Assembly: GCF_963921235.1 (NCBI RefSeq)
Contig: NC_086097.1
Coordinates: forward strand, 65,164,001 to 65,228,000
Reading direction: 5' to 3'
Source of the DNA: Mobula hypostoma
Taxonomy: Eukaryota
Length of the DNA: 64,000 bases
Below the pieces are notes generated by a model. It did no database searches, was not told where the DNA came from, and saw only the letters and a list, made by a program, of their open reading frames with translations. Below are positions 24,706-36,712 of this stretch, in pieces. Within the stretch, counting starts at the first letter, position 1. Each line of letters starts with the position of its first letter. Position numbers and translations under genes: made by a program.

Positions 24706-25571
24706 AATATTTCCTTGCATGTGACATGTAAGCACACTGAATATATAATTCATGTGCTTAATATCAATCTTTATGCAGAGGTCTTTTTTTCCCATTCTGT
24801 CACATTTGCCTGATTACAAAATAGCATGGGCAATGAACAACCTGTGAAAAACCTAACTCTTACTGCACAACTTTGTCATTTCAAGGGATAATCAACCACT
24901 TCTACATCCTGCACCTGAGCCAGAGGAAGTTACAAGAGTGGAGTTAGAGTTGGAAAAGAAACTTTTGTTTAGCATTCTGAATACTTCCCCAGCATTTAAC
25001 TCATGAAGGTGCCTATTACTTCCCATTTCAGAAAAGAGGTATCTGGTTCTATTGAGAGCCCTGCAAACAAATGGCAAGGAGCTCCTCAATAACCCCTGAC
25101 GTCACTTTCAGCTTTTCTGACAGGCCAGAAAGCATGTAAACTGCACTTTGTATCCACTTCAGATTTTTCAAATCGGAGGGTCTGTTGTTATCTTCTAAGC
25201 AGGACTAGTATATGACTTTGCAGTAAGCGGACACAGCAACTTCCTCAGCCCTTTACCCTGATTGCAATCTACAAAGCCAGATGTTTATTGTATGAAACAA
25301 CCCTCTCCAACTTGTGTACTGTGATAGAGTATGAAGATGTCTGTATCATGTAGCTGAGTTTTCCTTTTCTCTGGAGGATTCATCCTTCAAGGATAGATGC
25401 TGGATGAGTGGGTTTTCTGCACTACTAAACAGCACAGGAGAGGAGATGTTGGTAAATGAAAGTCTGAAGAGACATGCACAGATTCTGAGTATAGTGTAAT
25501 AATGCAGAAAGCATTTGAAAGGGAATGTTAATGAAGGGACAATGAAGTATAAGAGTAAAGTATAAACAGGA

Positions 25572-25700
25572 GAGATTCTGCAGACACTGGAAATCTTGAG
25601 TAACACAAGATGCTGGAGAAACTGCTGAAGAGTTGATGTTTTGGTCCATAAATCTTCATCAGGACTGCCTGAACTGTGAAGTTCCTCCAGCAGTTTGTAA
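25572..25700 (-). mobile_element. Decayed Penelope terminal-repeat remnant
   Basis: Minus strand cagtcCTGATGAagatttatggaccaaaacatcaac (GAAA lost) followed by a short inverted arm. Confidence 0.55.
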
Positions 25701-25719
25701 GAGTAAAGTAAACAGAACA

Positions 25720-26620
25720 AAAGAAAGGAAAGGTCTAACAAGGGCAAACATCAAGGCACAGGAATGAAATTTTATAAAGGAGAATAGGGAAATGGCAAAG
25801 AAATCTAACAAGTATGTTGTGTCAATCTTCACAGAAATCAGAACAAACACTCCCAGAAATACAAGAGAGTAGGAAGTCCATAGTAAATGAGAAAACAAAA
25901 ATAAACAGACACTAGAGAAGATAACAAGCTTTAAAATGGATAAATCCCAACAACCTGATAATCTACTTTTCTACACCTTAGTTATCACCTTCCAAAATTC
26001 AAAAGATACTGGAGCAGTTTCAGTAGGCTGAAAGCCGTTGCAAGGAAATCTGTTTACAAAAGTAAAGATGTCAAGACTATAGAGGCTATTGGTGAAACTA
26101 CACCTAGAATATTATGTACAATTTTGGCCACCTACCCCAAAAAAATATCATAGAAGGAACACTGGACTGATTCTGGGGATGTCAGGTTTGTCATGTGAGA
26201 AATAATTGAGCAGGCTGAGAGGAGACTATATTGAAACATACCCAGTTCTTCAAAGGTTTGCCCATTATTTTGAAATTGTGAGCACAGATCTGTCAGAAAT
26301 GGGGAGAATGATTTCCTTGACTGATGGATCTGTACCCACAGTTTCAAAATAATGGGCAGGCCATTTAGGATTGGAAGGAGGAGAAATTTCTTCCCTTAGA
26401 GATGATGAGCTTTTGGAATCATTTGACCCAGAGGGCTGTGTAGAATCAGCCATTGATTCAATTGAAAAGTGAACAACAGATTTCTCGATTTTAGATGGAA
26501 GAGCGATTATAGAGATTGGGCAGGACAATTATACAGTATTTAAAGTAGAAAATTAGGTGTGATTTTGGTAAAATGCCAAACAGAGTTAAGAGGCTGAATG
26601 GCCTATTCCTGCTTCTATTT
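25720..26620 (+). mobile_element. Very old, internally deleted CR1 remnant
   Basis: Scattered CR1-like text (ggataaatccc, ccacacctagaatattatgtacaattttgg, aggctgaatggcctattcctgctt). Confidence 0.45.
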
Positions 26621-28815
26621 CTTAAGCCTTGTTGGCTATATTTATACTTTATCCACTGTGAGTTACTTTGGATCCTACATGAGTTAATCTTAAGCTTCTG
26701 TAGCCTTGTGAGATGTTGGACTAGGAAGCATCCCCTTCCTGTCCTTGATGATTCATGACCACTTTATCCTGAAAGACAGAGGTGAAAATGTGCACGTGTG
26801 CATGTCTGTGCACATGCACCAGATGAGTGGGAGTACTACTTTTGTCAGACAGCAGATTACAACACCAATCCGGATCAAGTAAATGGAGCATCTTACTGTT
26901 CACTCCCTGGTCTGTAGCAATTTGCTGCTGGTACTGAACCTCGAAATTTCATATCATTTCAGACTGCGTGGTCACCAGGTATCCCATATGTGAAGGACAT
27001 CTTTGCACCTCTCATTTTTTCTGCACAGGAGAAATGTCATCATTATCACCAAATCTGGGGACTGCCTTTCCCGCTCCACATCTATAATGTCAACAAAAAA
27101 CATCACAAAGACCTCTAACAGCAATGTGCTTTAACTGGTAAGTTCTCTTTAAATGGAAGGAGGTACTTTCTGTCCTCTTTCATCAGTTTCTGTTTACAGA
27201 TACTTCTGAAAAATCAGCTGTGATTAATCACCCTTTCTCTGCCAGCAATCACCACCATTCCTGCCATCCATTCTGCATCCCCTAGTCTCCATTCATTCAC
27301 AGGCCTTCCCCTTTGTTTTCCCTGTCTCTCCTCTTCTCTCTGCAACTTAAAACTTATTTGCCAATGCTTCCCCCCAATTCTGACGAAATGTACTCAAACT
27401 GAAGCATGAAATGTGTCTCCATCTCCATAGTTTCTGTCTGAGTTTGTTGCAATAAGTATTTTCTTTAAGAAGATCGATGTTACTTTTTATGGGAATGGCA
27501 AAAAATGTGAAACGTCAACTGTTTTTCAACTTGGAACAGGGCCATGTTCCAGCTTCAGCATATCACTATGAATGTGAGCAAGGAAAGGTCATGAGAGGAA
27601 CATGTGAGTAGACCCCCATGCTTATAAACTACATTAAGAATCAGAAAGTTTCCTATGACCTTCTACTTAATAAAATGAAACTGCGAAGAAAATTGTGAAT
27701 TCCCAATCTACTTTACCAGCAGATCGCTTCTAAACAGAACATAAGGTCATAAAATTCTGCTCTCAAGATTTCACTAAATTTCTGAAATTATTGCATTAAT
27801 TACTTTCTAAGACATTGATGTACAGCTCATAAAATATTTAAGAGTTTATGAACCAAAGCAATATTAAAATTTTTCTTCCAAAATAAACTGGCTTAATAAA
27901 CTGGGGCGGACCATTCTATATTTGTTTATTTGGTGAATGTTCTTGATTCAGGTTTCACCCTTCTGCAGTTATTATGAAGCTAGAATTATTCTTATTACAT
28001 TCTGTACACACTGTTCACACACATAAAAATAAGTCTTGCAACAAAGATGAATGATTCACGACCCAGCCCCAAACGCTTAATGTTCAGACCCAGAATTTGT
28101 TTAATAAAGAAATGGACATTTTCCAAGGGGTATAATATGAAAGGAATGAAGTGCCTAAAATCATTAGTAAAGATTCACACCAACAAGAATATCAAGAACC
28201 ACACATTACAATTCACAAGTTCACATGCAATTTCCTAATGGCAGTTAAAGTTCCATGTGCCAAGTCTTAAGAATGACAATTGCCTTGCTTGTCTGTATTA
28301 TGAAATGACATTCTGCCCAATCCACATGGCACAGAGGCAGAATAGATACATGAGGGTAATACCAAACATCAGTGAAAACATGCCATAATGAGCATTATAG
28401 TCACCACAGCTTCCCTATAGACAGACATGGATTTATTTCCAGTTTTCATGAGCTCAGGGGATACAGCATCCTGACAAGGAAAAATATTGCTGTTTTTTCA
28501 CAGTGCTATGTCTAAACTCCTGAAAGTCAAGTCCTCACTACATTGTGAAACTCCCATTAACAGAAGCACTGCAAATTTCAAAAAAGTGATGCACCACTAA
28601 CTTCAAAGCCAATTAAAGATTTGCTCATAATTCTGCCATCCTGAAAAATGAATTTTAAGAAAGCAATTTACAGGCAATGAAATACTTTTTCAAATTTAGT
28701 CAGAATAAACAAGAGACACAACAAAAGGAACTGTTGATGACTTGGGAATGGTTCACAGGGTCTCAACTCAAAATATGAACAATTATTCCTCCCACCCCTG
28801 CACCCCTGCATTGCT

Positions 28816-29040
28816 GGGCACATGGCCAAGTGGTTAAGGCGTTTGTCTAGTGATCTCAAGGTCGCTGGTTCGAGTCTCAGTTGTGGCAGTGTGTTTGTGT
28901 CCTTGAGCAAGACACTTAATCACACATTGCTCTAGTGTCTGTGCGAGGAGTGGCGTCCCACACAGACTCCCAATCTGCACCTTGTAAGGCATGAAAATGC
29001 CCGACGCAGGCCCCTCATGGTCTGAGTTGACGTTCCCTCC
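28816..29040 (+). mobile_element. tRNA-derived CORE-like SINE
   Basis: A box TGGCCAAGTGG, B box GTTCGAGTC, gtgtccttgagcaagacacttaat; same head as 693-1008. Confidence 0.8.
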
Positions 29041-29287
29041 CTGCATCCCCATCATCTTGCAGAGATGTTGATCGACCTGATGAGTTCCTCCAATAGACTG
29101 TTTGTTGCTAACAAATAAACTATTCAGCATAACAATATCAAGGGTGGATTATATCCTTCCAAATTACATTTTGGCAGACACCAACTTACACTCCTACACA
29201 ATAAACTTACATTCCACCCTGCACCTAACAATAAACAATAATAACAACTGACTATGTACTATATTCTTAAGTGTTGAAGGGCTTACA

Positions 29288-30313
29288 TAGACATCCCACC
29301 CTGCAAAATTCACTTCGGGGAGGTTGCACCCCCCCCCCGCCCCCCCGGGTCAACCTCCAAGGGTGTATGCATACGTATACAGGACATTTGATCATGAAAG
29401 AACACAACAATTTATTTGATCACATATTGAAACTATTTACACACACACACATATATATATTCCTTGTTGAGTATTTTGTTGGCAGTCTCAATGCTAATAG
29501 CTAAATGCTAATGCAAATAGCTTTTCTATTTCTTTTGCAAACTTTCCTAGTACTGTGATGTGGCTTGCTTGGCAGATTTGAGCATTTTGCCCGAAGTCTC
29601 AACCTCATAGCAGTCTGTGTCAATGAATTTGTTAATTTTGCAAGACATCAGATTCACAATTATATTATATTATATTATCATGGAGTTGTTTTTTTTATTC
29701 TATTACAACTTTAAGCAAGTCTACAGGGAGTTTGGCCTCATCACATAGGACATCAATACAGTAGCTCCTTAGCAACTAGCCAGCTAGTTTAAATAACGTT
29801 AGCTATGCTAATGAACGAATGACACCTGTTAAACTCACCTCAACATGTCTTTTACAGTCATTTAACCCACCATGGGCAATAGAAAAGTTACTGTTGCAAA
29901 CAGTGTAGTGAGCAACACTGTCATTACTTTTGACCCCTATTAGGCAGGGGTATACTTTAGGGTAGTCTGGGGTGAAGTACGTTTTATATTTTCTTTTTTT
30001 GGAACACTCTGTCATGGCGCTGCAGGACACTAAACTGAACTGATGGACAATGAAAGAGAGAGAGAGGTCGACTGTAAAGCCCACCCACAGAGAAAACTGA
30101 TAGGTCTACTTAGCACAAAGAGAGATCAATCAGGATGTTCTCTCTGTCACTCTCTCGCTACGTCTCTTTCTCTCTCTCTCTCTCCCCCTCCCTCCCTCCC
30201 GCTCGCTCTCAAAAAACTCGATTTCTGGGATATTGTATATAATTTGTGGGCATCAGGGAGCTGCTATCAATATGCGGGAGACTCCCGGAATTTCCAGGAG
30301 AGGTGGATGTCTG
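29288..30313 (-). mobile_element. Internally deleted hAT-like DNA transposon with transposase remnants
   Basis: TIRs tagacatcccacc / ggtggatgtctg; cttaca duplicated on both flanks; N-terminal zinc-finger-like segment AHYTVCNSNFSIAHGGLNDCKRHVE ending at a gtgagt donor; C-terminal remnant KMLKSAKQATSQY. Confidence 0.75.
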
Positions 30314-30864
30314 CTTACAAAAGGAATGTACATCATTGTGCAAAAATCTGCAGTTATTTGGATTATACAAAGAGAGAGCAAGACTAAATTTTAAATGTCA
30401 AGTTGTGCAGTGCAAATAATGTAAATGCTATAACGAGCTGTCTCATGAGACAACTGAAAAAAAATCTCAAAAACAGTTTTGGAAAGTTATTATTTACTGG
30501 AAGCCACATAGGATTTTAAAAGAATGAAGATGATAATGTTAAATGTCCATCTGTCGAATTACTGGGGGAGAAAAAGCTTGAAGTTCAAAGTTCAAACTCA
30601 ATTTATTATTAAAGTACATATATGTTATTATATGCTACCTGGAGATGGATTTTCTTGCTGCATTTACAGAGAAAAAAGGAAATACGGAAGAAGGAAAAAA
30701 GGAATTTATACAAAACTATACGTAAACAGACAAAGATGGACAAACAGCTAGTGTGCAAACAAAGGTAAACTGCTGTGCAAATAGAAACAATACCAAGAAC
30801 CTGAGTGGTAAGGAGTCTTTGAAAATGAGTCTCAGAATCAGTTCAGAGTAATGGTGAAATTTAA

Positions 30865-31553
30865 AAACTTTAAAATCCTCAGTGTTATCATTTCAGAGGA
30901 TCTGTTCTGGGTCCAGCACATAAATGCCATTAAGAAGAAAACACGACAGCACCTCTATATTTTTTAAAGTTTACAAAGATTCAGCATGTTGTCTAAAACT
31001 TTGCCAAACTTTTATTGATGTGCTTTGGAGAGTATGTCAACTGGTTGCATTACAGTCTGGTATGCCCTTGAACAGAAAAGCCTACAAGAAATTGTGAATA
31101 TGGCCCAGCTCTTCCCATCATTGAGCACATCCACATGGAGTAGTGTCACAGGAAAGCAGCATCCATCATCAAGGACCCCCACCATCCAGGCCATGCTCTC
31201 TTCTCACTGCTGCCATCAGGAAGGTGGTACAGAAACATCAGGCTCTTGAACCAGAGGGGATAACTTCACTCACCCCATCAATGTTACCCCAACCTATGGA
31301 TTCACTTTCAAGGGCTCTTCATCTCATGTTCTCAATGTTTATTTCCTTATTATTACGACTATTTCTTTTTGTATTAGAACAAGTTATTGTTTTTTGCACT
31401 TTGGTTGTCTGTTCATCTTGTTGGGTACAATCTTCCATTGATTCTATTGCATTTCTTTGTACTTACTGTGAAAACACACAAGAAAATCAATGTCAAGGTT
31501 GTATATGCTGACATATATGTACCTTGATAATAAATTAATCAAACTTTGAACTT
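30865..31553 (+). mobile_element. Decayed Rex/Babar LINE 3' fragment
   Basis: FKILSVIISEDLFW..KKTRQHLY..ESMSTGCITVWY..SIIKDPHHPGHALFSLLPSGR; tail tactttgataataaa-like ..actttgaacttt. Confidence 0.75.
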
Positions 31554-31610
31554 TAGGGAATGAAGTTATCAGTGTCAGATTAGAAGCCTGGTAGTTGTTG
31601 GAACAAAAAG

Positions 31611-32243
31611 GAGGGAGGAGAAGATGGTGGCGTGATGAGGCGCGTGGCCGTTCCAAATTGATATCGATATGTTTTAACTAGGGGGCCGTGCACAATCCTG
31701 ATTTGATGGAGACAGCTGTGAGAAGTGCGGAGGAACAGCTGGAGAAACTTCTGAAATGCCTGCTTCGCAGCCGCTGCTACTGTGCAATCGAGAATCTCCG
31801 GAGGGGAAGGCCCCAAATCCTCAGCTTTGCGTATTGCCTGTTGCTGGGGCCGGGGCCGAAGCACTCGGCAGAGATGGTGCTCGGTGCTCGGTGTCGGAGA
31901 GCTGGTCGGAGGCTCGGAGTTTTCGGACGGACTCAGAGTCGGACTGTGGGTCGGATGCTTCCAGGATGCTGCATTGGCAAGTTTGCGGCGCTGGAGGTTC
32001 ACCGTCTGCGTGAGATGAAGGGAATTTCGAGAGACCTTGAGACTTTTACCGTGCCCATGGTCTGTTCTTAGCAAATTACGGTATTGCTTTGCACTGTTGT
32101 AACTATAATTATGTGGTTTTTGTCAATTTTTAAGTCGGCTTGTCATGTGTTTCTGTGATATCATTCTGGAAAAACATTGTATCATTTCTTAATGCATGCA
32201 TTACTAAATGACAATAAAAGAGGACTGTGTGTCCTCATAATCT
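31611..32243 (+). mobile_element. GC-rich non-autonomous retroelement-like insert
   Basis: Starts ggaggagaagatggtggcg, CpG-rich body, ends atgacaataaaagaggactgtgtgtcctcataatcta; interrupts an older minus-strand Rex fragment. Confidence 0.6.
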
Positions 32244-32357
32244 AAAAAAAAACTTCCTGAACTTGCTGCTTTGGGACATGAGGGTTCTGTGCCTCCTGCC
32301 TAATGGCAGTATTGTGAAGAGGGCATGGCATGTATGGTGGAGGTCTTTGACAATAAA

Positions 32358-33291
32358 CACTAGACAACAAAGAATTTACTTCCTAAATAGATTTGAGTGT
32401 ATCTTATGGATTTTAGGCTGCTGATCGTGAAAATCACCATGAAATTTCCCAGTCATGCCTATATTTGTTAATTCAATTAATAATTCAAGTCAATTAAAAT
32501 GTTGCCCACAATGTAAAATGAAAAGTTTTCTATCTATTCCAGGCATGTGTGGGCATGCTTAAGCAGAGCAGATGCTGCATGGCAGGACAGATTTTAGAAA
32601 GGCTATCAATTTCCATGAAGGATTTTGTATTTGAGACAGATGTTTCCTAGAATAACTGATGCTAAAATGAAGGAAGGCATTTTTGTTGGTCCACAAATCA
32701 AACAGGTCATCAATGACAGGCAATTCAAAGAACTTCCAGTGGGACTGGAGAAAATGAGATGGAAGGCATTCAAGCATGTTGTTGAAAATTTTCTTGCCAA
32801 CTATAGAGCACCAAACTATAGTATGTGCAGCTGGTTGATAACATGCTTCAAGCATACAAAACTATGAAGTGCAACATGTTACAAGAGATTCATTTTCTCC
32901 ATTTAGAGTTCTTCCCTGCAAATCTTGGTATTGTCAGTGACAAGTGTGGTGAAAGTTCCACCAGGACATTGCAGTCATGGAGAAATGGAATCAGGGCAAC
33001 TGCAATCCATCAATTCTGGCTGATTGTTATTGGACACTTAAATGAGAAGCCTCAGACACTGAGTACAAATGAAAATCATCAACAAAACATTCTTAGCTTC
33101 ATTGAAATATTGAAAAATATCAGCACCATTATGCAATTAAACACATATTAAAAAAATAATTTCTTGCTTCTCCAAATTCTTACATGATACAAGTAGTCTG
33201 AAATTATATTTGTGTTCAGCTTCGTGGTCTATCATAAACAAAAAAAAAATTCCGAGGAAAAAACACTTTCCGAAAAAGTTGTTCTCCAGTG
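32358..33291 (+). mobile_element. Chapaev3-like (CMC) DNA transposon, internally deleted
   Basis: Ends cactagacaacaa / ttgttctccagtg (CAC..GTG); remnants KMKEGIFVGPQIK, FLANYRAPNY, CNMLQEIHFLH, NLGIVSDKCGE matching the recalled Chapaev3 C-terminal catalytic region. Confidence 0.75.
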
Positions 33292-33765
33292 TAGATGCAG
33301 GTTTCTTGTGGCAGCACTCCAAATAGATGTACTCAGTGGTGGAGAGGGTTTTGCCTGTGATGGATTGAGCTGCATTCACAACTTTCTACAGCTTTTCCCA
33401 TTGCTGGGCCTTGGTGTTTATATACCAGGCCATGATGCAACCAGTTAGGATACTCTCCACTGTGTATAGAAGTCCGTCAGAGATTTTAGTGACACGTCAA
33501 ATCTACATAAAGTTCTAAGAAAGTAGAGGTGCTGTTGAACCTTCTTTGTGCTGTCCCAGAACAGACGGCTAAGCACACAGCCCTGTGGCGCACCTGTGCT
33601 GATGATGAATGTGGAGGAGATGTTGCACCCAATCCAAACAGACTGGGGGTCTGCCAGTGAGGAAATTGAAGATTCAGTTGCACAGGGAAGTACTGAGTCC
33701 CAAGTTTTGAAGCTTATTGTTGAAATTCAAGGGGGATGATAGTGTTGAACATTGAATTGGAAGTC
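33292..33765 (-). mobile_element. Old Rex/Babar LINE fragment (continues from about 30580-30860, 31556-31610 and 32244-32357)
   Basis: Minus-strand NAAQSITGKTLST and IISTGAPQGCVLS motifs. Confidence 0.6.
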
Positions 33766-36317
33766 AATATTATTTATTTACAATAAAAGCCATATTTTTC
33801 CACCTGAAATTAATATTGATCACCTATTTAAACAAAATAGAGATACAAGCTTTGTGGTGGTAAGAAGACAGGCAATTACACCTTATAAATACATAAACTT
33901 GAGTAAGTAAGACAAAAGTAAATTGGAATATACAGTATATATTGCTGAGTATTTGATCAGTTTGCTTGTGTTCAAAATGCCTGCAAACAGCACAATTAAT
34001 TGACTGGATATTCTCAACAGTTCTAAACAGAATCACTGTCTAAGTTACTTCAATACAATTGCATTGTGCTGTAACTTGAGCATCACTGCAAAGGGACGTC
34101 TCCTTTATTGTCATAGAATGGTGTTGAAAAAAACACCAGAGTGCAACTGCAGTCCTGCTCTGTACAGAACTAGCCTATACTCTGCTGAAGAAGACACACA
34201 GCACTTCAGTCCAAAAGTATAGCCAATTTAATTCAAGTCTACTGCAAAATTAGGTTGAGAAAGTGTGCTAATGATCTGCAGAAGGTCCAGGAAGCCTTGT
34301 AATTTTATTTAATTGCAAGTTTGAATGAGAGATCGCTCCTCATTAGGAAAATTCTAATGAGAACTTTGAAGGAGTCACAGTATAAACAATATATTGATTA
34401 ACACCATTAAGGACAAAGTACTCATTTTATCAGTATCCATCTGACTGTAACTATTCAAATAACTATTTTAAGGAACTTCTCCCAGTGAAAGATTACAGCA
34501 AGTGCTACTTGCGTTTTGTTGAACAAGAACCAGCATTCAAAATTACATTTAAATTTTTATTTATTCCAGAACATTAAAAATATTTCATTTTTTATCAGCT
34601 ACATCAAAGAGAAAAAAGAGATTATTTGCAAACTTTTGGCTTTACAGTAATATCTGGAAATCATTCTGATATTAGAAGACAGTAAAGAGTTGTCTAATTA
34701 CATCTAATTAAAATAACTTATTTCTTAGATGAAATAATTCTAGAACATTTTAAAATGGGTTTAAATATTAAAGTCATTCAGCTGAAGCATTTCTACAAAG
34801 TTTTCTAATTATTATTAATAATAGAAACAAATTTCATATTTCATGAACTGTTGTCAACTAGGATTTCCCAAAGAATAGGATATGCACTACTAAAGTTCCA
34901 AGTTATTTTAAATCATGTTAACTTATTCGGACCAAAAGGGGAAACAGCAATTCCAGTTCATACTATCAATGGCATAATTCAACTTTAACAATTATAATAA
35001 ATTTCCTAAGCATAAAATTTTTAATAAGTATTTGCTGCACACCATTCAAGACTTCCTAATTTGATGTATAGGATTTGTAGATTTGCTTCAGTGCATCATC
35101 TTTAATATTTAAAGAGCAGTTTTCCTTAAAATAATTGTTAGCAATTCTCACCAAAACTGGTTTTTCCAGTAATCGGGAGCACAAAGGTTACTTTCCAAAC
35201 ATAGTTTCACCTGGGGATCTCTTTTCAGTGAAAGAATGCGAGCTGTTAAGAAGTGAATAACAGTTGCGAAGAAAATCTGACACAGAATGGCTCTGATCCA
35301 TGAATCCATTAGCTATTTAAACAGGCAGTGTTACTATTATTCAAGAGATTCTTGGAGTACTTAACTTTTTCAAGACCCTTATACAGTACTTCAATATATA
35401 AAACCACCATATTGCCTACCTACAACACAAGTGTAGGAAAAATAAAACAAAATGTGAAATATTACTCTACATCTATTCAAAATATCAAAATGTATGTAGA
35501 AATGTACTGTTTGTAAATGGTATTAAAATACATTTAAACCTGCCCTTAGACTCAGATTAGATAGATTATTTTGGACAGGTAAACTCATAGGATAAAAGTC
35601 TTCCTTTAAGACAAAGGACGACAAAGATGTAAAAGGCTAAGTCAGGTAAATAAATAGGTAAAAGACTATATTGCATTACAAATCTTCCCTGATAAATTGG
35701 TGAAATGTTTATCAGTGGTATGAGTAAGGGGAGATGAAAGGTAAACTGAGCTAGGTGACATTAAAATTGAATTAGACTGATTACAATGTGTAACCCTTTC
35801 AAAACATGAAGAGTTTGCATCTCTCAGTCGCCTTTCACACATATATGGAACATCCAACAAAATACTTTGATGTTTATTGTTGAACAAACAGAAGCTAATT
35901 TGTGAACAGCAAGCTCCTGGAAATAGCAAAGTGATAATGACCAGGAAATCTGTGTTTTAGGAATGTTGATTGAGACACAAATATTGGCCATAATGGGAAA
36001 AATGTCCATCATCTTCATCAAACTCATGATTTTGGGAACCCAACAGAGAAAGTGATTTCTCATTTAAAAAAAAAGATAATTCTGAAAATTCAGCACAGGG
36101 ATGTTGACCTAGGTATCTATGCTGAAAACTCTAGAGCAGGATTTGACTATAACCCTGTCACAAGAGACCTGAATGCCTCCAAACTGATACTGTTGCAACT
36201 ACTGAATGACTGAATGAGATTCAATTGAAAGGAAGTAGCATCCATTGGTAGAAATGTCAGGTTTGACATGAATAACACATTGAACTAATTATTTTGAAAC
36301 ACAGCAATGTGAGTCAA

Positions 36318-36712
36318 GTTCATATTCAATTGTCATTTAACCATACATGAATACTGTGAATACAGCCAAATGAAACAGCATTGCTCTGGGGCTAAGGTGC
36401 AAAACATAGTACCAAAAGTTATTCACAGCACAGGGCACATATAAAATGACAGTAAAATACAGCCACAAACGAAAAGTATAGTTCAAGTCCCTGAGTCCAT
36501 TAACGTTGCAGCAGTCTGCAAACATAATACATCTTGTCTTCTGGTGAGCAAACACTGGAGGGCAGCACTCACACCAACACTCCAGTGGAGCACACCGACT
36601 CCTACGACTTTCTCCTAGGCAGCTGCAAACATGTGACGCCGCGGTTTGAGGCCTAGACCTTGCTACAACCAAGGCCATACAGCTCCCCCACCATTTGCCA
36701 ATTGCCAATTTC
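36318..36712 (-). mobile_element. Truncated non-autonomous retroelement-like repeat
   Basis: Minus strand ctaggcctcaaaccgcggcgtcacatgtttgcagctgcct matches 44119-44158; ends in an aaatgacaattgaa LINE-like tail. Confidence 0.55.

Noticed and set aside
28816..28890. tRNA gene
   Set aside because: A and B boxes run into a SINE body with no acceptor-stem partner or T-run terminator.
31580..32074. Overlapping ORFs on both strands suggesting a gene
   Set aside because: Explained by a GC-rich, stop-poor repeat; no recognisable domain.
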